From Arthrobacter sp. ov118 (lineage in GTDB: Bacteria; Actinomycetota; Actinomycetes; Actinomycetales; Micrococcaceae), in contig NZ_FPAY01000005.1 in the NCBI RefSeq assembly GCF_900116495.1, positions 163,183 to 195,182 on the forward strand: a stretch of DNA of 32,000 nt. The letters run 5' to 3'. The notes under the pieces were generated by a model. It searched no databases, was not told the origin of the DNA, and saw only the letters and a list, made by a program, of their open reading frames with translations. Below, piece by piece: positions 16,335 to 24,457 of this stretch. Numbering within the stretch: position 1 is the stretch's first letter; every line of letters starts with the position of its first letter. A program made the translations under genes and the position numbers.

Positions 16335-17345
16335 ATGGGCCAGCTATCCGGGCCGACCGACCCCACCGCCGATGCCCACTGGGAGCACAGCCATCCGCGC
16401 AAGGGGTTCTTCACTGACACCTCGATCTGCATCGGCTGCAAGGCCTGTGAAGTTGCCTGCAAGGAGTGGAACCACAACCCGCAGGACGGAAACCTGGAAC
16501 TGCTCGGATCCTCCTACGACAACACCGGTTCGCTCGGCGCCAGCACCTGGCGCCATGTCGCCTTCATCGAACAAGGCCAGGAACGCATCACTGAGGCGCG
16601 GGAGACCGGGCGCGCCCTCGTCAACCTGGGCATGCCCCGCATCGGCCCTCCCGCCCCGGCAGCGCCCGCGGCGACGGACCTGGCAGAGGCGGATACGACG
16701 CCCCCGGACACCGCCGACTTCCGGTGGCTGATATCCTCGGACGTCTGCAAGCACTGCACACATGCGGGATGCTTGGACGTCTGCCCCACCGGAGCGCTGT
16801 TCCGCACTGAGTTTGGCACGGTGGTGGTGCAGGACGACGTCTGCAACGGCTGCGGAACCTGCGTGGCCGGGTGCCCCTTCGGCGTGATCGAGCGCCGCAG
16901 CAATGGCACGGTCAAAGTCGCCACAAGCAGGGAAGAACAGCACACCGAACATCCCGCGGTCCCCAACGTCGGCGTCGCCCAGAAGTGCACGCTCTGCTAC
17001 GACCGCCTGGTCGCCGATGAAACGCCCGCCTGCGCTAAAGCCTGCCCGACGACGTCGATCAAGTTCGGCAACCACGACGACATGGTGGAGACGGCCCGGG
17101 AACGGGTCGCCGGCCTGCACGCGCAAGGACTCACCGAGGCGAGGCTCTATGGCGCAAACGAACTCGACGGCGTCGGCGGCACCGGATCGGTCTTCCTCCT
17201 GCTTGACGAACCGGAGGTTTACGGACTCCCGCCGGACCCAAGGGTGCCCACCGCCGACTTGCCGCGGATGTACCGGCGGGCCGGTATGGCCGTAGCGGGC
17301 ATGGTCGCCGCAGCTGCAGTGGCTTTCCTGAAAGGACGCGCGTGA
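16335..17345 (+). CDS. Formate dehydrogenase iron-sulfur (beta, FdnH/FdoH-like) subunit with C-terminal membrane anchor
   Basis: 336 aa with GGAGGA upstream. It has several ferredoxin-type Cys clusters (CIGCKACEVACK, CKHCTHAGCLDVCP, CNGCGTCVAGCP, CTLCYDR...CAKACP) and a hydrophobic tail (AGMAVAGMVAAAAVAFL). Confidence 0.9.
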   Translation: MGQLSGPTDPTADAHWEHSHPRKGFFTDTSICIGCKACEVACKEWNHNPQDGNLELLGSSYDNTGSLGASTWRHVAFIEQGQERITEARETGRALVNLGMPRIGPPAPAAPAATDLAEADTTPPDTADFRWLISSDVCKHCTHAGCLDVCPTGALFRTEFGTVVVQDDVCNGCGTCVAGCPFGVIERRSNGTVKVATSREEQHTEHPAVPNVGVAQKCTLCYDRLVADETPACAKACPTTSIKFGNHDDMVETARERVAGLHAQGLTEARLYGANELDGVGGTGSVFLLLDEPEVYGLPPDPRVPTADLPRMYRRAGMAVAGMVAAAAVAFLKGRA

Positions 17346-18430
17346 CCACCTCCGAGTTCGACAGCTTTCGGCCGCCCGAGCCTGCCCGCCGTCGTCGGCC
17401 CGGCGGCAAACGCGGCACGGGCCGTCGTAACAGCGGTGATGGCTCCCGCGAAATGCCGATGGTTCCGGAGCCGGAATTCACCTCGTACTACGGTCGTCCG
17501 GTGGTCAAGCCGGCGCCCTGGGGTGACGACGTTGCCGCCTACCTGTTCCTTGGCGGTGTCGCAGCGGGTTCCGCACTGCTTGGCCTCGGCGGTCAGCTGA
17601 CCCGACGGCCGATACTGCGCCGAAATGCCCGGTTGAGTGCCCTAACAGCAGTGAGCCTCGGTGCTGTTGCCTTGGTGAAGGACCTGGGCAGGCCGGAACG
17701 CTTTTTGAATATGCTGCGGACCATCAAGGTAACCTCGCCGATGAGTGTGGGCTCGTGGATTCTCAGTGCGTTCAGCGCCGGCGCCGCCGTCTCGGCCGTG
17801 GCGGAAATCGATCGGATGAGCGGGGCGCGGTTGCCGCTCGGCCCGCTGCGGACCGTGCTGCAGGCGGTCGAGGGGCCGGCCGGCTTTGAGGCCGCGTTTT
17901 TCGCCGGCCCACTGGCGGCGTACACGGCGGTCCTGCTCGGTGACACAGCCACACCGACGTGGAACGCCGCGCACGAGGAATTGCCTTTCGTCTTCGTGAG
18001 TTCGGCGGCCCTCGCCTCTGCCGGGCTCGCCATGGTCACAACTCCGGTGCACGAGGCAGGTCCCGCCCGAAAACTTGCCGTGCTCGGCGTGGCCGGTGAC
18101 GTCATCGCCATGCGCGTGATGGAACACCGGATGGACCCGGTGGCAGCCGAGCCCCTGCACCAGGGCAAGGCGGGCGCCATGCTCAAATGGAGCGAGCGGC
18201 TGGCTGCCGCCGGTGGCTTGGGGACGCTGCTGGCCGGACGTAACCGGGCCGTGGCCGCAGCTTCGGGACTGGCACTGCTGGCCGCCTCGGCCCTGACCCG
18301 GTTCGGCGTATTCGAGGCGGGCCTTGCCTCGGCCAGGGATCCGCGCTACACCATCGAACCGCAGAAGAACCGGCTCGCCGCCCGCCGCGCGGCTGGCATC
18401 ACCGGGGATTCAATCACCACAGCCGGCTGA
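17342..18430 (+). CDS. NrfD/PsrC-type polytopic membrane subunit (putative quinone-interacting FDH gamma subunit)
   Basis: The GTG start overlaps the FdhB stop (GTGA). The product is multi-TM and Ala/Leu/Gly-rich, with an SYYGRPVVKPAPW motif typical of NrfD-like proteins. The start is uncertain; the alternative is the ATG at 17454. Confidence 0.75.
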   Translation: MTTSEFDSFRPPEPARRRRPGGKRGTGRRNSGDGSREMPMVPEPEFTSYYGRPVVKPAPWGDDVAAYLFLGGVAAGSALLGLGGQLTRRPILRRNARLSALTAVSLGAVALVKDLGRPERFLNMLRTIKVTSPMSVGSWILSAFSAGAAVSAVAEIDRMSGARLPLGPLRTVLQAVEGPAGFEAAFFAGPLAAYTAVLLGDTATPTWNAAHEELPFVFVSSAALASAGLAMVTTPVHEAGPARKLAVLGVAGDVIAMRVMEHRMDPVAAEPLHQGKAGAMLKWSERLAAAGGLGTLLAGRNRAVAAASGLALLAASALTRFGVFEAGLASARDPRYTIEPQKNRLAARRAAGITGDSITTAG

Positions 18431-18463
18431 CCGGGCTGCGGCGGTTTTGCGGATAGCGGGGGT

Positions 18464-19486
18464 TCAGCGGACCTCGATGCCCTGGCCCACGACCGTGTGC
18501 CCGATCACAGGATGTCCGGGCAATTCGCCGACGACAAGCAGGCCGCCCGAGGTCTGTGCATCGGCAAGAAGGAGCAAATCGTCTTCGGTGACGCCGGCAG
18601 CGACCTTTAGCTGCGGTCGAACCCAATCGAGATTGCGCCGGGTCCCGCCGGAAACAAAGCCATCCCGCAGAGCCTGCCGGGCGCCGTCGACGACTGGTAC
18701 GGCCTTCCGATCGATTACTGCCCCCACTCCGGAGGCGCGGCACATCTTGTACAGATGCCCAAGCAGGCCGAAGCCCGTGACGTCCGTGGCCGCACGCAGG
18801 CCGGCCGCCACCGCCTCCCCGGCCGCGTCGCGATTGAGGCGAGTCATTGTCGCTACCGCCTCGGCGAACACTTCACCGGTCTGCTTGTGCCGGTTATTGA
18901 GCAGTCCGACGCCGATGGGCTTGGTCAGCGTGAGCGGCAACCCGGGCTTGGCGGCGTCGTTGCGCAGCAACCGGGCGGGATGGGCGACGCCTGTTACTGC
19001 CATCCCGTATTTCGGCTCCGGATCGTCAATGGAGTGCCCGCCAATCACCGGGCAGTCGGCCTCCGACGCGATGCTCAGGCCGCCACGGAGGACTTCAGTC
19101 ATCAACTCCAGTGGCAGCACGCCGCGGGGCCAGCCGACGAGGTTGATCGCCATGATCGGGCGCCCGCCCATCGCGTAAATGTCCGAGAGCGCATTGGCGG
19201 CCGCGATCCGACCCCAGTCAAAAGCGTCGTCGACGACGGGAGTGAAGAAGTCGGCGGTGGAGAGTACCGCGAGGTCATCGCGCACCAGGACGGCTGCTGC
19301 GTCGTCACCGCTGTCGAGACCAACCAGCACATCCGCGCCGGGTTGGCCGGTGAGGCCGCGAACCGCTTCTTCGAGCTCCCCGGGCGGAATTTTGCACGCG
19401 CACCCACCACCGTGGGCATAGCCGGTGAGTCGCACAGCGTCGGCGCCGTCGTGAAGCTGCGGAATAGACGTTTGGGTCTCGTTCAC
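18464..19486 (-). CDS. selD: Selenide, water dikinase (selenophosphate synthetase), Cys-type
   Basis: Matches SelD along its length (VRLTGYAHGGGCACKIPP, DDAAV, TADFFTPVVDD, GGHSIDDPEPKYG, TDVTGFGLLGH). The start is trimmed to the GTG at 19486, because the listed 481-aa ORF runs across the tRNA-Sec gene. Confidence 0.9.
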   Translation of the reverse strand: MNETQTSIPQLHDGADAVRLTGYAHGGGCACKIPPGELEEAVRGLTGQPGADVLVGLDSGDDAAAVLVRDDLAVLSTADFFTPVVDDAFDWGRIAAANALSDIYAMGGRPIMAINLVGWPRGVLPLELMTEVLRGGLSIASEADCPVIGGHSIDDPEPKYGMAVTGVAHPARLLRNDAAKPGLPLTLTKPIGVGLLNNRHKQTGEVFAEAVATMTRLNRDAAGEAVAAGLRAATDVTGFGLLGHLYKMCRASGVGAVIDRKAVPVVDGARQALRDGFVSGGTRRNLDWVRPQLKVAAGVTEDDLLLLADAQTSGGLLVVGELPGHPVIGHTVVGQGIEVR

Positions 19487-19525
19487 TCCCCTAGCGTACC
19501 CCGGTGGTCCATCTGCTAAATTGAA

Positions 19526-19623
19526 CGAGGTGGCGTCCGGGTCCTGGTGGGCCCCCCGGTCTTCAAAACCGGTGAGGCTGAGTATCTCGGCCTGGCGGGT
19601 TCGATTCCCGTCCGCCTCCGCCA
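19526..19623 (+). tRNA. selC: tRNA-Sec (anticodon UCA), 8/5-type acceptor/T geometry, long variable arm, encoded CCA
   Basis: Hand fold gives an anticodon loop CUUCAAA on a 5-bp stem (19556-19572) and an 8-bp variable-arm helix 19575-19582/19586-19593. The T arm is GCGGG-TTCGATT-CCCGT. The acceptor GAGGTGG pairs with CCGCCTC, followed by discriminator G and CCA. Position 1 (C19526) faces C19619. Confidence 0.85.
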
Positions 19624-19655
19624 ACCACCGGCGCGCCGCGGAACGAGGAGGGACT

Positions 19656-20987
19656 GTGGACCAGGTCGATCCGCGCCGCCTGATTCCGCGCACCGATGAC
19701 CTGCTGGCCCTGCCGGCCGTTCGGGCGGCCGGGAAGCGCCTGAGCGGACGCGTCATCCGCGAACTCGTCCGGCAGGCCCAGGAACAGGCGCGGCGCGGTG
19801 AGCTCGCTCCCGGCCAGGTGGAACCGGCCCTGCTGGCCGCCGTCGCGGCGTGCTCGGCCACAACCCTACGCCCGGTGCTCAACGCAACCGGCGTCATTGT
19901 CCACACCAATCTCGGTCGCGCCCCGCTCTCCGCGGGTGCGGTTGAAGCACTTGTCGCAGCCAGCGGCTACGTCGACGTGGAGCTCGATCTGGCGACCGGC
20001 AGCCGCTCCCGCCGCGGCGCCGGTGCCCGGGCTGCCCTGCTCGCCGCCTGTCCCGCTGCCGAGGACGCGCTGGTGGTCAACAACGGGGCCGCCGCGCTGG
20101 TGCTCGCCACCACAGCCCTCGCCGCCGGCCGGGAAGTGGTGGTGAGCCGCGGGGAACTGGTTGAGATCGGTGCCGGCTTCCGGCTGCCGGACCTGATCGA
20201 ATCGACCGGCGCGACGCTGCGCGAGGTGGGCACCACCAACCGGACGCACCTGCGGGACTACGCCGACGCCCTCGGACCGGCAACCGGGTGCGTACTCAAG
20301 GTCCACCCGAGCAACTTCCGCGTCGATGGATTCACCTCCGCTGTTCCACTGGGCGAACTGAGCCCGCTGGCCGCGGCGCACGGGGTTGCACTGGTCGCCG
20401 ACCTGGGCAGTGGACTGCTGGCGCCCGACCCGCACCTGCCGGAAGAACCGGATGCTGCCACCGCGTTGGCCAGCGGGGCCGACGTCGTCATCGCCAGCGG
20501 TGACAAACTCCTGGGTGGACCGCAGGCGGGTTTGCTGCTCGGTCGCGCGGAGATCATCACGCGGCTGGCACGCCACCCGCTCGCCCGCGCCCTTCGGGCC
20601 GACAAACTTGCCCTGGCCGCGCTGGAGGCGACGGTCGCGGGCGGATCACCGCCGGTTGTCCAGGCGTTGCACGCGGACCTGGGACAGCTGCGGAGCCGTA
20701 CCGACCGGCTCGCCGAGGCCCTCGGGGTGCCTGTCGTCGCGCACGAAGGCCGGGTGGGCGGTGGCGGAGCACCCGGTGTTGCCCTGCCCGGATGGGCGCT
20801 CCGGCTCCCCGAAGCGCTTGCCGGCCCCTTGCGTACCGGCGACCCGGCAGTGCTCCCGCGCGTCCATGACGGCTCCTGCCTGCTCGACCTGCGCTGCGTG
20901 CCCGACGGGGACGATGACCGGATTCTCGACGCGGTACGCCAGGCGCTGGCAACCCTTGACCGTGCGGACGCAGGCAGGGCGGGCTGA
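19656..20987 (+). CDS. selA: L-seryl-tRNA(Sec) selenium transferase
   Basis: GTG start with GAGGAGGG upstream, 32 nt after selC. SelA motifs are present (NATGVIVHTNLGRA, VVVSRGELVEIGAGFR, EVGTTNRTH, SGDKLLGGPQAG with the PLP lysine). Confidence 0.9.
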   Translation: MDQVDPRRLIPRTDDLLALPAVRAAGKRLSGRVIRELVRQAQEQARRGELAPGQVEPALLAAVAACSATTLRPVLNATGVIVHTNLGRAPLSAGAVEALVAASGYVDVELDLATGSRSRRGAGARAALLAACPAAEDALVVNNGAAALVLATTALAAGREVVVSRGELVEIGAGFRLPDLIESTGATLREVGTTNRTHLRDYADALGPATGCVLKVHPSNFRVDGFTSAVPLGELSPLAAAHGVALVADLGSGLLAPDPHLPEEPDAATALASGADVVIASGDKLLGGPQAGLLLGRAEIITRLARHPLARALRADKLALAALEATVAGGSPPVVQALHADLGQLRSRTDRLAEALGVPVVAHEGRVGGGGAPGVALPGWALRLPEALAGPLRTGDPAVLPRVHDGSCLLDLRCVPDGDDDRILDAVRQALATLDRADAGRAG

Positions 20988-20990
20988 GCC

Positions 20991-22784
20991 GTGCATGTCG
21001 TTGCCACCGCCGGACACGTCGATTCCGGTAAGAGCACGCTGGTGCGTGCGCTTACCGGCATGGAGCCGGACCGTTGGGAGGAAGAGCGGCGCCGCGGGCT
21101 GACCATCGACCTCGGTTACGCCTGGACCACGTTGCCGTCCGGGCGGGACGTTGCCTTCGTAGACGTACCGGGCCACGAACGCTTCCTGGGTAACATGCTT
21201 GCCGGTATCGGGCCGGCGCCCGTCGTCTGCTTCGTCGTCGCTGCCGATGAGGGCTGGCAGGCGCAGTCAAGCGATCACCGGGACGCCGTCGCTGCGCTGG
21301 GAATTGAGTATGGCGTCGTGGTCCTCAGCCGGGTCGACCGGGCACCCGGGAGGGTTGGCGACGTGCTGGCCCGGACCCGCAGAGAGCTAGCTGGAACAGG
21401 CCTGCAGGACGCGCCCGCAGTTGCGGTGTCTGCCACCGAGGGTACCGGCCTCGCAGAATTGCGTGCCACGCTCGACGGCGTACTGGCCCGGGTACCTTCC
21501 CCCACCACCACAGGGCGGCTCCGATTGTGGGTGGACCGCTCGTTTACCATCACCGGTTCCGGAACCGTGGTGACCGGAACACTGGCAGCGGGAACGCTCG
21601 TTCAGGGTGACCGGCTGCAGCTGCTCGGCCACGATGGTTCCCGGCCCGTCGTGGTCCGTGGCCTCCAAAGCCGCGACACGTCGTACTCCTCGCTGGGGCC
21701 GGTCAACCGGGTGGCCCTGAACCTGCGTGACGTTTCCGCCGCTGACGTCCGCCGCGGGGACGCGCTGCTTACCCCCGAGGCGTGGCCCATTACGGGCGTT
21801 CTGGGCATCCACCGCGTTACCGGCGTGGCCTACACGGATGTGCCGGAGCAGCTCATGGTGCATGCCGGCACTGCTGCCGTGCCGGCCCGGCTGCGTCCTT
21901 TTGGTGCAGACCACGCCCGGCTCGTCCTCGACAGGCGCCTGCCGCTCGTTCTCGGAGACCGTCTGGTGTTGCGGGACCCCGGGAGCCGCTCGGTGCTGGG
22001 CGGGGCACAGGTACTCGACGCCGATCCCCCGGCCTTGCGGCGGCGCGGTGACGGCGTCCACTGGGCGGAGCGGCTTGCAGGCCTGAATGCCGCCGGGGAC
22101 GTGCTGGGCGAAGTGGCAGGCCGCGGGGCCGTGCAGGAACAACACCTGCGTCGGCTCGGGCTGCTGTCAGGGGACGACGCGGAGGCGCCCTCCGGTGTCC
22201 TGGTTTTGGGCGATTGGTGGGTGCATGCTCCCGTCTTCGAGGCGTGGCAGCACCGGTTGCGCACGGCCCTTGAGGTGCTGCATGAGCGCGATCCCTTGGC
22301 ACCGGGCCTTTCCCAGGGCGCGGCACGGGACCTGCTCAAGTTGCCCGATGAGAGGCTTCTTGCCCCCGTCGTGCGCGATGCAGGTCTAGAACAGGAGGGC
22401 GGGCACGTTCGGCTGCCCGGCAGCCATGCCAACCTTGGCGCCGTCGGGTCCGCTGTCGCCGAGTTGGAGCGCAGGCTTGCCGAAGACGCGTTCCACGCCC
22501 CGGAAGCCGATGAGTTGGCCGCGCTGGGCTTGGGCGTCCGCGAGCTGGCTGCCGCCGAGCGGGCCGGGCGCTTGCTGCGGTTGCGCGACGGGGTGGTGCT
22601 CCTGCCTACGGCGCCGGCCTTCGCCATGCGCGAGCTGGCCCGCCTGGAGCAGCCCTTCACCACGAGCCAGGCACGCCAGGCACTTGGAACAACACGACGG
22701 GTGGCGGTTCCGCTGCTCGAATATCTCGACTCGCGCGGCTGGACGCGCCGCCTTGATGCGGGTCATCGCACGGTGGCGCGTTGA
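20991..22784 (+). CDS. selB: Selenocysteine-specific translation elongation factor
   Basis: GTG start 3 nt after the selA stop. It has an N-terminal GTPase (AGHVDSGKST, DVPGHERF), EF-Tu-like domains, and a long winged-helix C-terminal extension typical of bacterial SelB. Confidence 0.9.
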   Translation: MHVVATAGHVDSGKSTLVRALTGMEPDRWEEERRRGLTIDLGYAWTTLPSGRDVAFVDVPGHERFLGNMLAGIGPAPVVCFVVAADEGWQAQSSDHRDAVAALGIEYGVVVLSRVDRAPGRVGDVLARTRRELAGTGLQDAPAVAVSATEGTGLAELRATLDGVLARVPSPTTTGRLRLWVDRSFTITGSGTVVTGTLAAGTLVQGDRLQLLGHDGSRPVVVRGLQSRDTSYSSLGPVNRVALNLRDVSAADVRRGDALLTPEAWPITGVLGIHRVTGVAYTDVPEQLMVHAGTAAVPARLRPFGADHARLVLDRRLPLVLGDRLVLRDPGSRSVLGGAQVLDADPPALRRRGDGVHWAERLAGLNAAGDVLGEVAGRGAVQEQHLRRLGLLSGDDAEAPSGVLVLGDWWVHAPVFEAWQHRLRTALEVLHERDPLAPGLSQGAARDLLKLPDERLLAPVVRDAGLEQEGGHVRLPGSHANLGAVGSAVAELERRLAEDAFHAPEADELAALGLGVRELAAAERAGRLLRLRDGVVLLPTAPAFAMRELARLEQPFTTSQARQALGTTRRVAVPLLEYLDSRGWTRRLDAGHRTVAR

Positions 22785-22992
22785 CCCGTCTAAAGGAAGT
22801 TTTCGAGGCGGATCACCCGCCGAATGCGCTAATCAACGCCGAGACCGGACATTCCCAGGACCGTGATGGTCGAAACAATGACGCTGCGGCGCAGCTTGCC
22901 ACAGCCCGTTGAGGCGTCGCCGAAGACCTTGACCGCTCCCGGTCAGGCTCGGACGCTACACACTCGGCTTGTCCGCGACTACCCGGAATTCA

Positions 22993-23934
22993 TCACAGGA
23001 TCCGGACCCGCGCCCCCTTGATCTCCACCTCGGTGAGCTTGACACTTTCGTCAGGAGGGTTGTTGGGCCAGTGGAAGACCAAGTAGCCCTTTCCCTTGGA
23101 GGTGCGGAGGATCATGCCGTGGCCGCCGTTGCTGGACCACAGGGGCCGGTCGTGCTGCATCCAGGGCCCCGTGATGGTTCCACTTTCTGATTCGGCGATG
23201 CCCATCGCGTATCCTGCGTCCCCGTGGCTCGACCACAGCATCAGCAGCGACCCCTCGGGCGATCGGATGAGAAAAGGACCATCGGTGAACATCGGGTCCT
23301 TGGCAAGGTTCAGGCCCTCCGGTGGTTCGACCCCGTCCGGGAACTGCAGTGGCCTGCTCCAACCTGCCGATGAAGCTGCGAACAACAGGATTGGCTCACC
23401 CACGCCAGCTTTTAGGTCTTGTGACAGGCGGAGCGCGTACATCTCGCCGTCAGAGATTCCTGCTTTGTCGGGTGTCCCCTCCGCGCCGCGGCTGTAGAGC
23501 AACCAGGGGACAGAGCCGTCATCAACGAAAAGCGTTCCGTCGAGGCTTGGCTCCGACACCGGTGTCACGGGTCCATCGCTCCACGGCTCGTAAGGGCCTG
23601 TGGGGTGGTCCGCGACCAGGACTGCGACTCCGCGGGGGTGCGCGCCGGTGGAGGTGGCGAATGTGGCGAGCATGAAGAACCGTCCGTTAACGGAGTGGAC
23701 TTCCGGCGCCCAGTACTGGCTGTCCCCCCAGAAGCCGTGCGGGGGGCGGAACGCGGCAATGGGGCCATACCAGTGCTCGAGATCATCGCTGATGTAGCAG
23801 TCGAAGCCAGTCGCGGGCCCTCCCCAGACGTTATCGTCGGTGGTCCCGAAAAGGACGAACTCACCTGGAAACGGCTCCAGGATGAACGGATCACGCATCC
23901 GAATGTCTTCAAGGCGGAGTTGTTCAGCGGGCAT
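22993..23934 (-). CDS. Glycoside hydrolase family 43 protein (arabinofuranosidase/xylosidase-like), no signal peptide seen
   Basis: 313 aa with AAAGGA upstream. GH43 hallmarks are present (IRMRDPFI, YWAPEV, DGTLFVDDG, and five-bladed propeller-like repeats). Confidence 0.85.
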   Translation of the reverse strand: MPAEQLRLEDIRMRDPFILEPFPGEFVLFGTTDDNVWGGPATGFDCYISDDLEHWYGPIAAFRPPHGFWGDSQYWAPEVHSVNGRFFMLATFATSTGAHPRGVAVLVADHPTGPYEPWSDGPVTPVSEPSLDGTLFVDDGSVPWLLYSRGAEGTPDKAGISDGEMYALRLSQDLKAGVGEPILLFAASSAGWSRPLQFPDGVEPPEGLNLAKDPMFTDGPFLIRSPEGSLLMLWSSHGDAGYAMGIAESESGTITGPWMQHDRPLWSSNGGHGMILRTSKGKGYLVFHWPNNPPDESVKLTEVEIKGARVRIL

Positions 23935-24082
23935 CTGCGTTCCTTTGCTCGGGTTGGCGGCTCACCGCGTCCGGGTGCCCGGCCTGGTTCATGCGCCGAT
24001 ACCAGTCTTGCCGTCTTGGGCAACCGTTTGGAGAATCACTTTCGCCCAATGGAAGCTTTTGCCGCCAGTGCTTTTGATCCTT

Positions 24083-24120
24083 GGTCCGGCCATCCATGGG
24101 ATGGTCGGACCGGTTTTTCT
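24083..24120 (+). terminator. Orphan intrinsic-terminator-like hairpin (plus orientation) with no annotated upstream plus-strand gene
   Basis: GGTCCGGCCATCC-atg-GGATGGTCGGACC forms a 13-bp stem with one mismatch, followed by GGTTTTTCTCTT. Confidence 0.5.
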
Positions 24121-24457
24121 CTTGAAGCAGCGCAAGTGGCCGGTCCGAGGGCACGACGGAAAACGCCAGGCCAGGTCGGAGCGTTGAAATCGAGAAGGAC
24201 TTCATCGACTCGGCAGTGAAGACCTTGTCTGTGCTATAGGTCACGACTGCTATTAGGCGGCAGCACACCCCATTTGACCGTCCCAACTCCCCTCCACCGA
24301 ACCACCGGCCCCAAGCCGTAGGGGTGCTGCCCGCCTTTAAGTACTGACGCAATTCGGCTGTCTGGAGGTCGGCTAGATCGCCCTGCGTGTGGGCAGACGT
24401 CAGCACGTTTTTCGTTGTTCGACAATGCCCGGTTGGCGAGCGGATACTGAAGAAACC

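Noticed and set aside
19487-19909. N-terminal 141-aa extension of the selD ORF (to 19909), and the 45-aa extension of the selA ORF starting at 19521.
   Set aside because: Both extensions run through the tRNA-Sec gene (19526-19623) and show no SelD or SelA similarity. Homology begins at the GTG at 19486 for selD and the GTG at 19656 for selA, the latter with a GAGGAGGG ribosome-binding site.
22860-22965. A minus-strand frame ending VKVFGDASTGCGKLRRSVIVSTITVLGMSGLGVD between selB and the GH43 gene, considered as a gene 3' remnant.
   Set aside because: It is preceded by an in-frame stop after about 37 codons. It has no start codon and no recognisable family.
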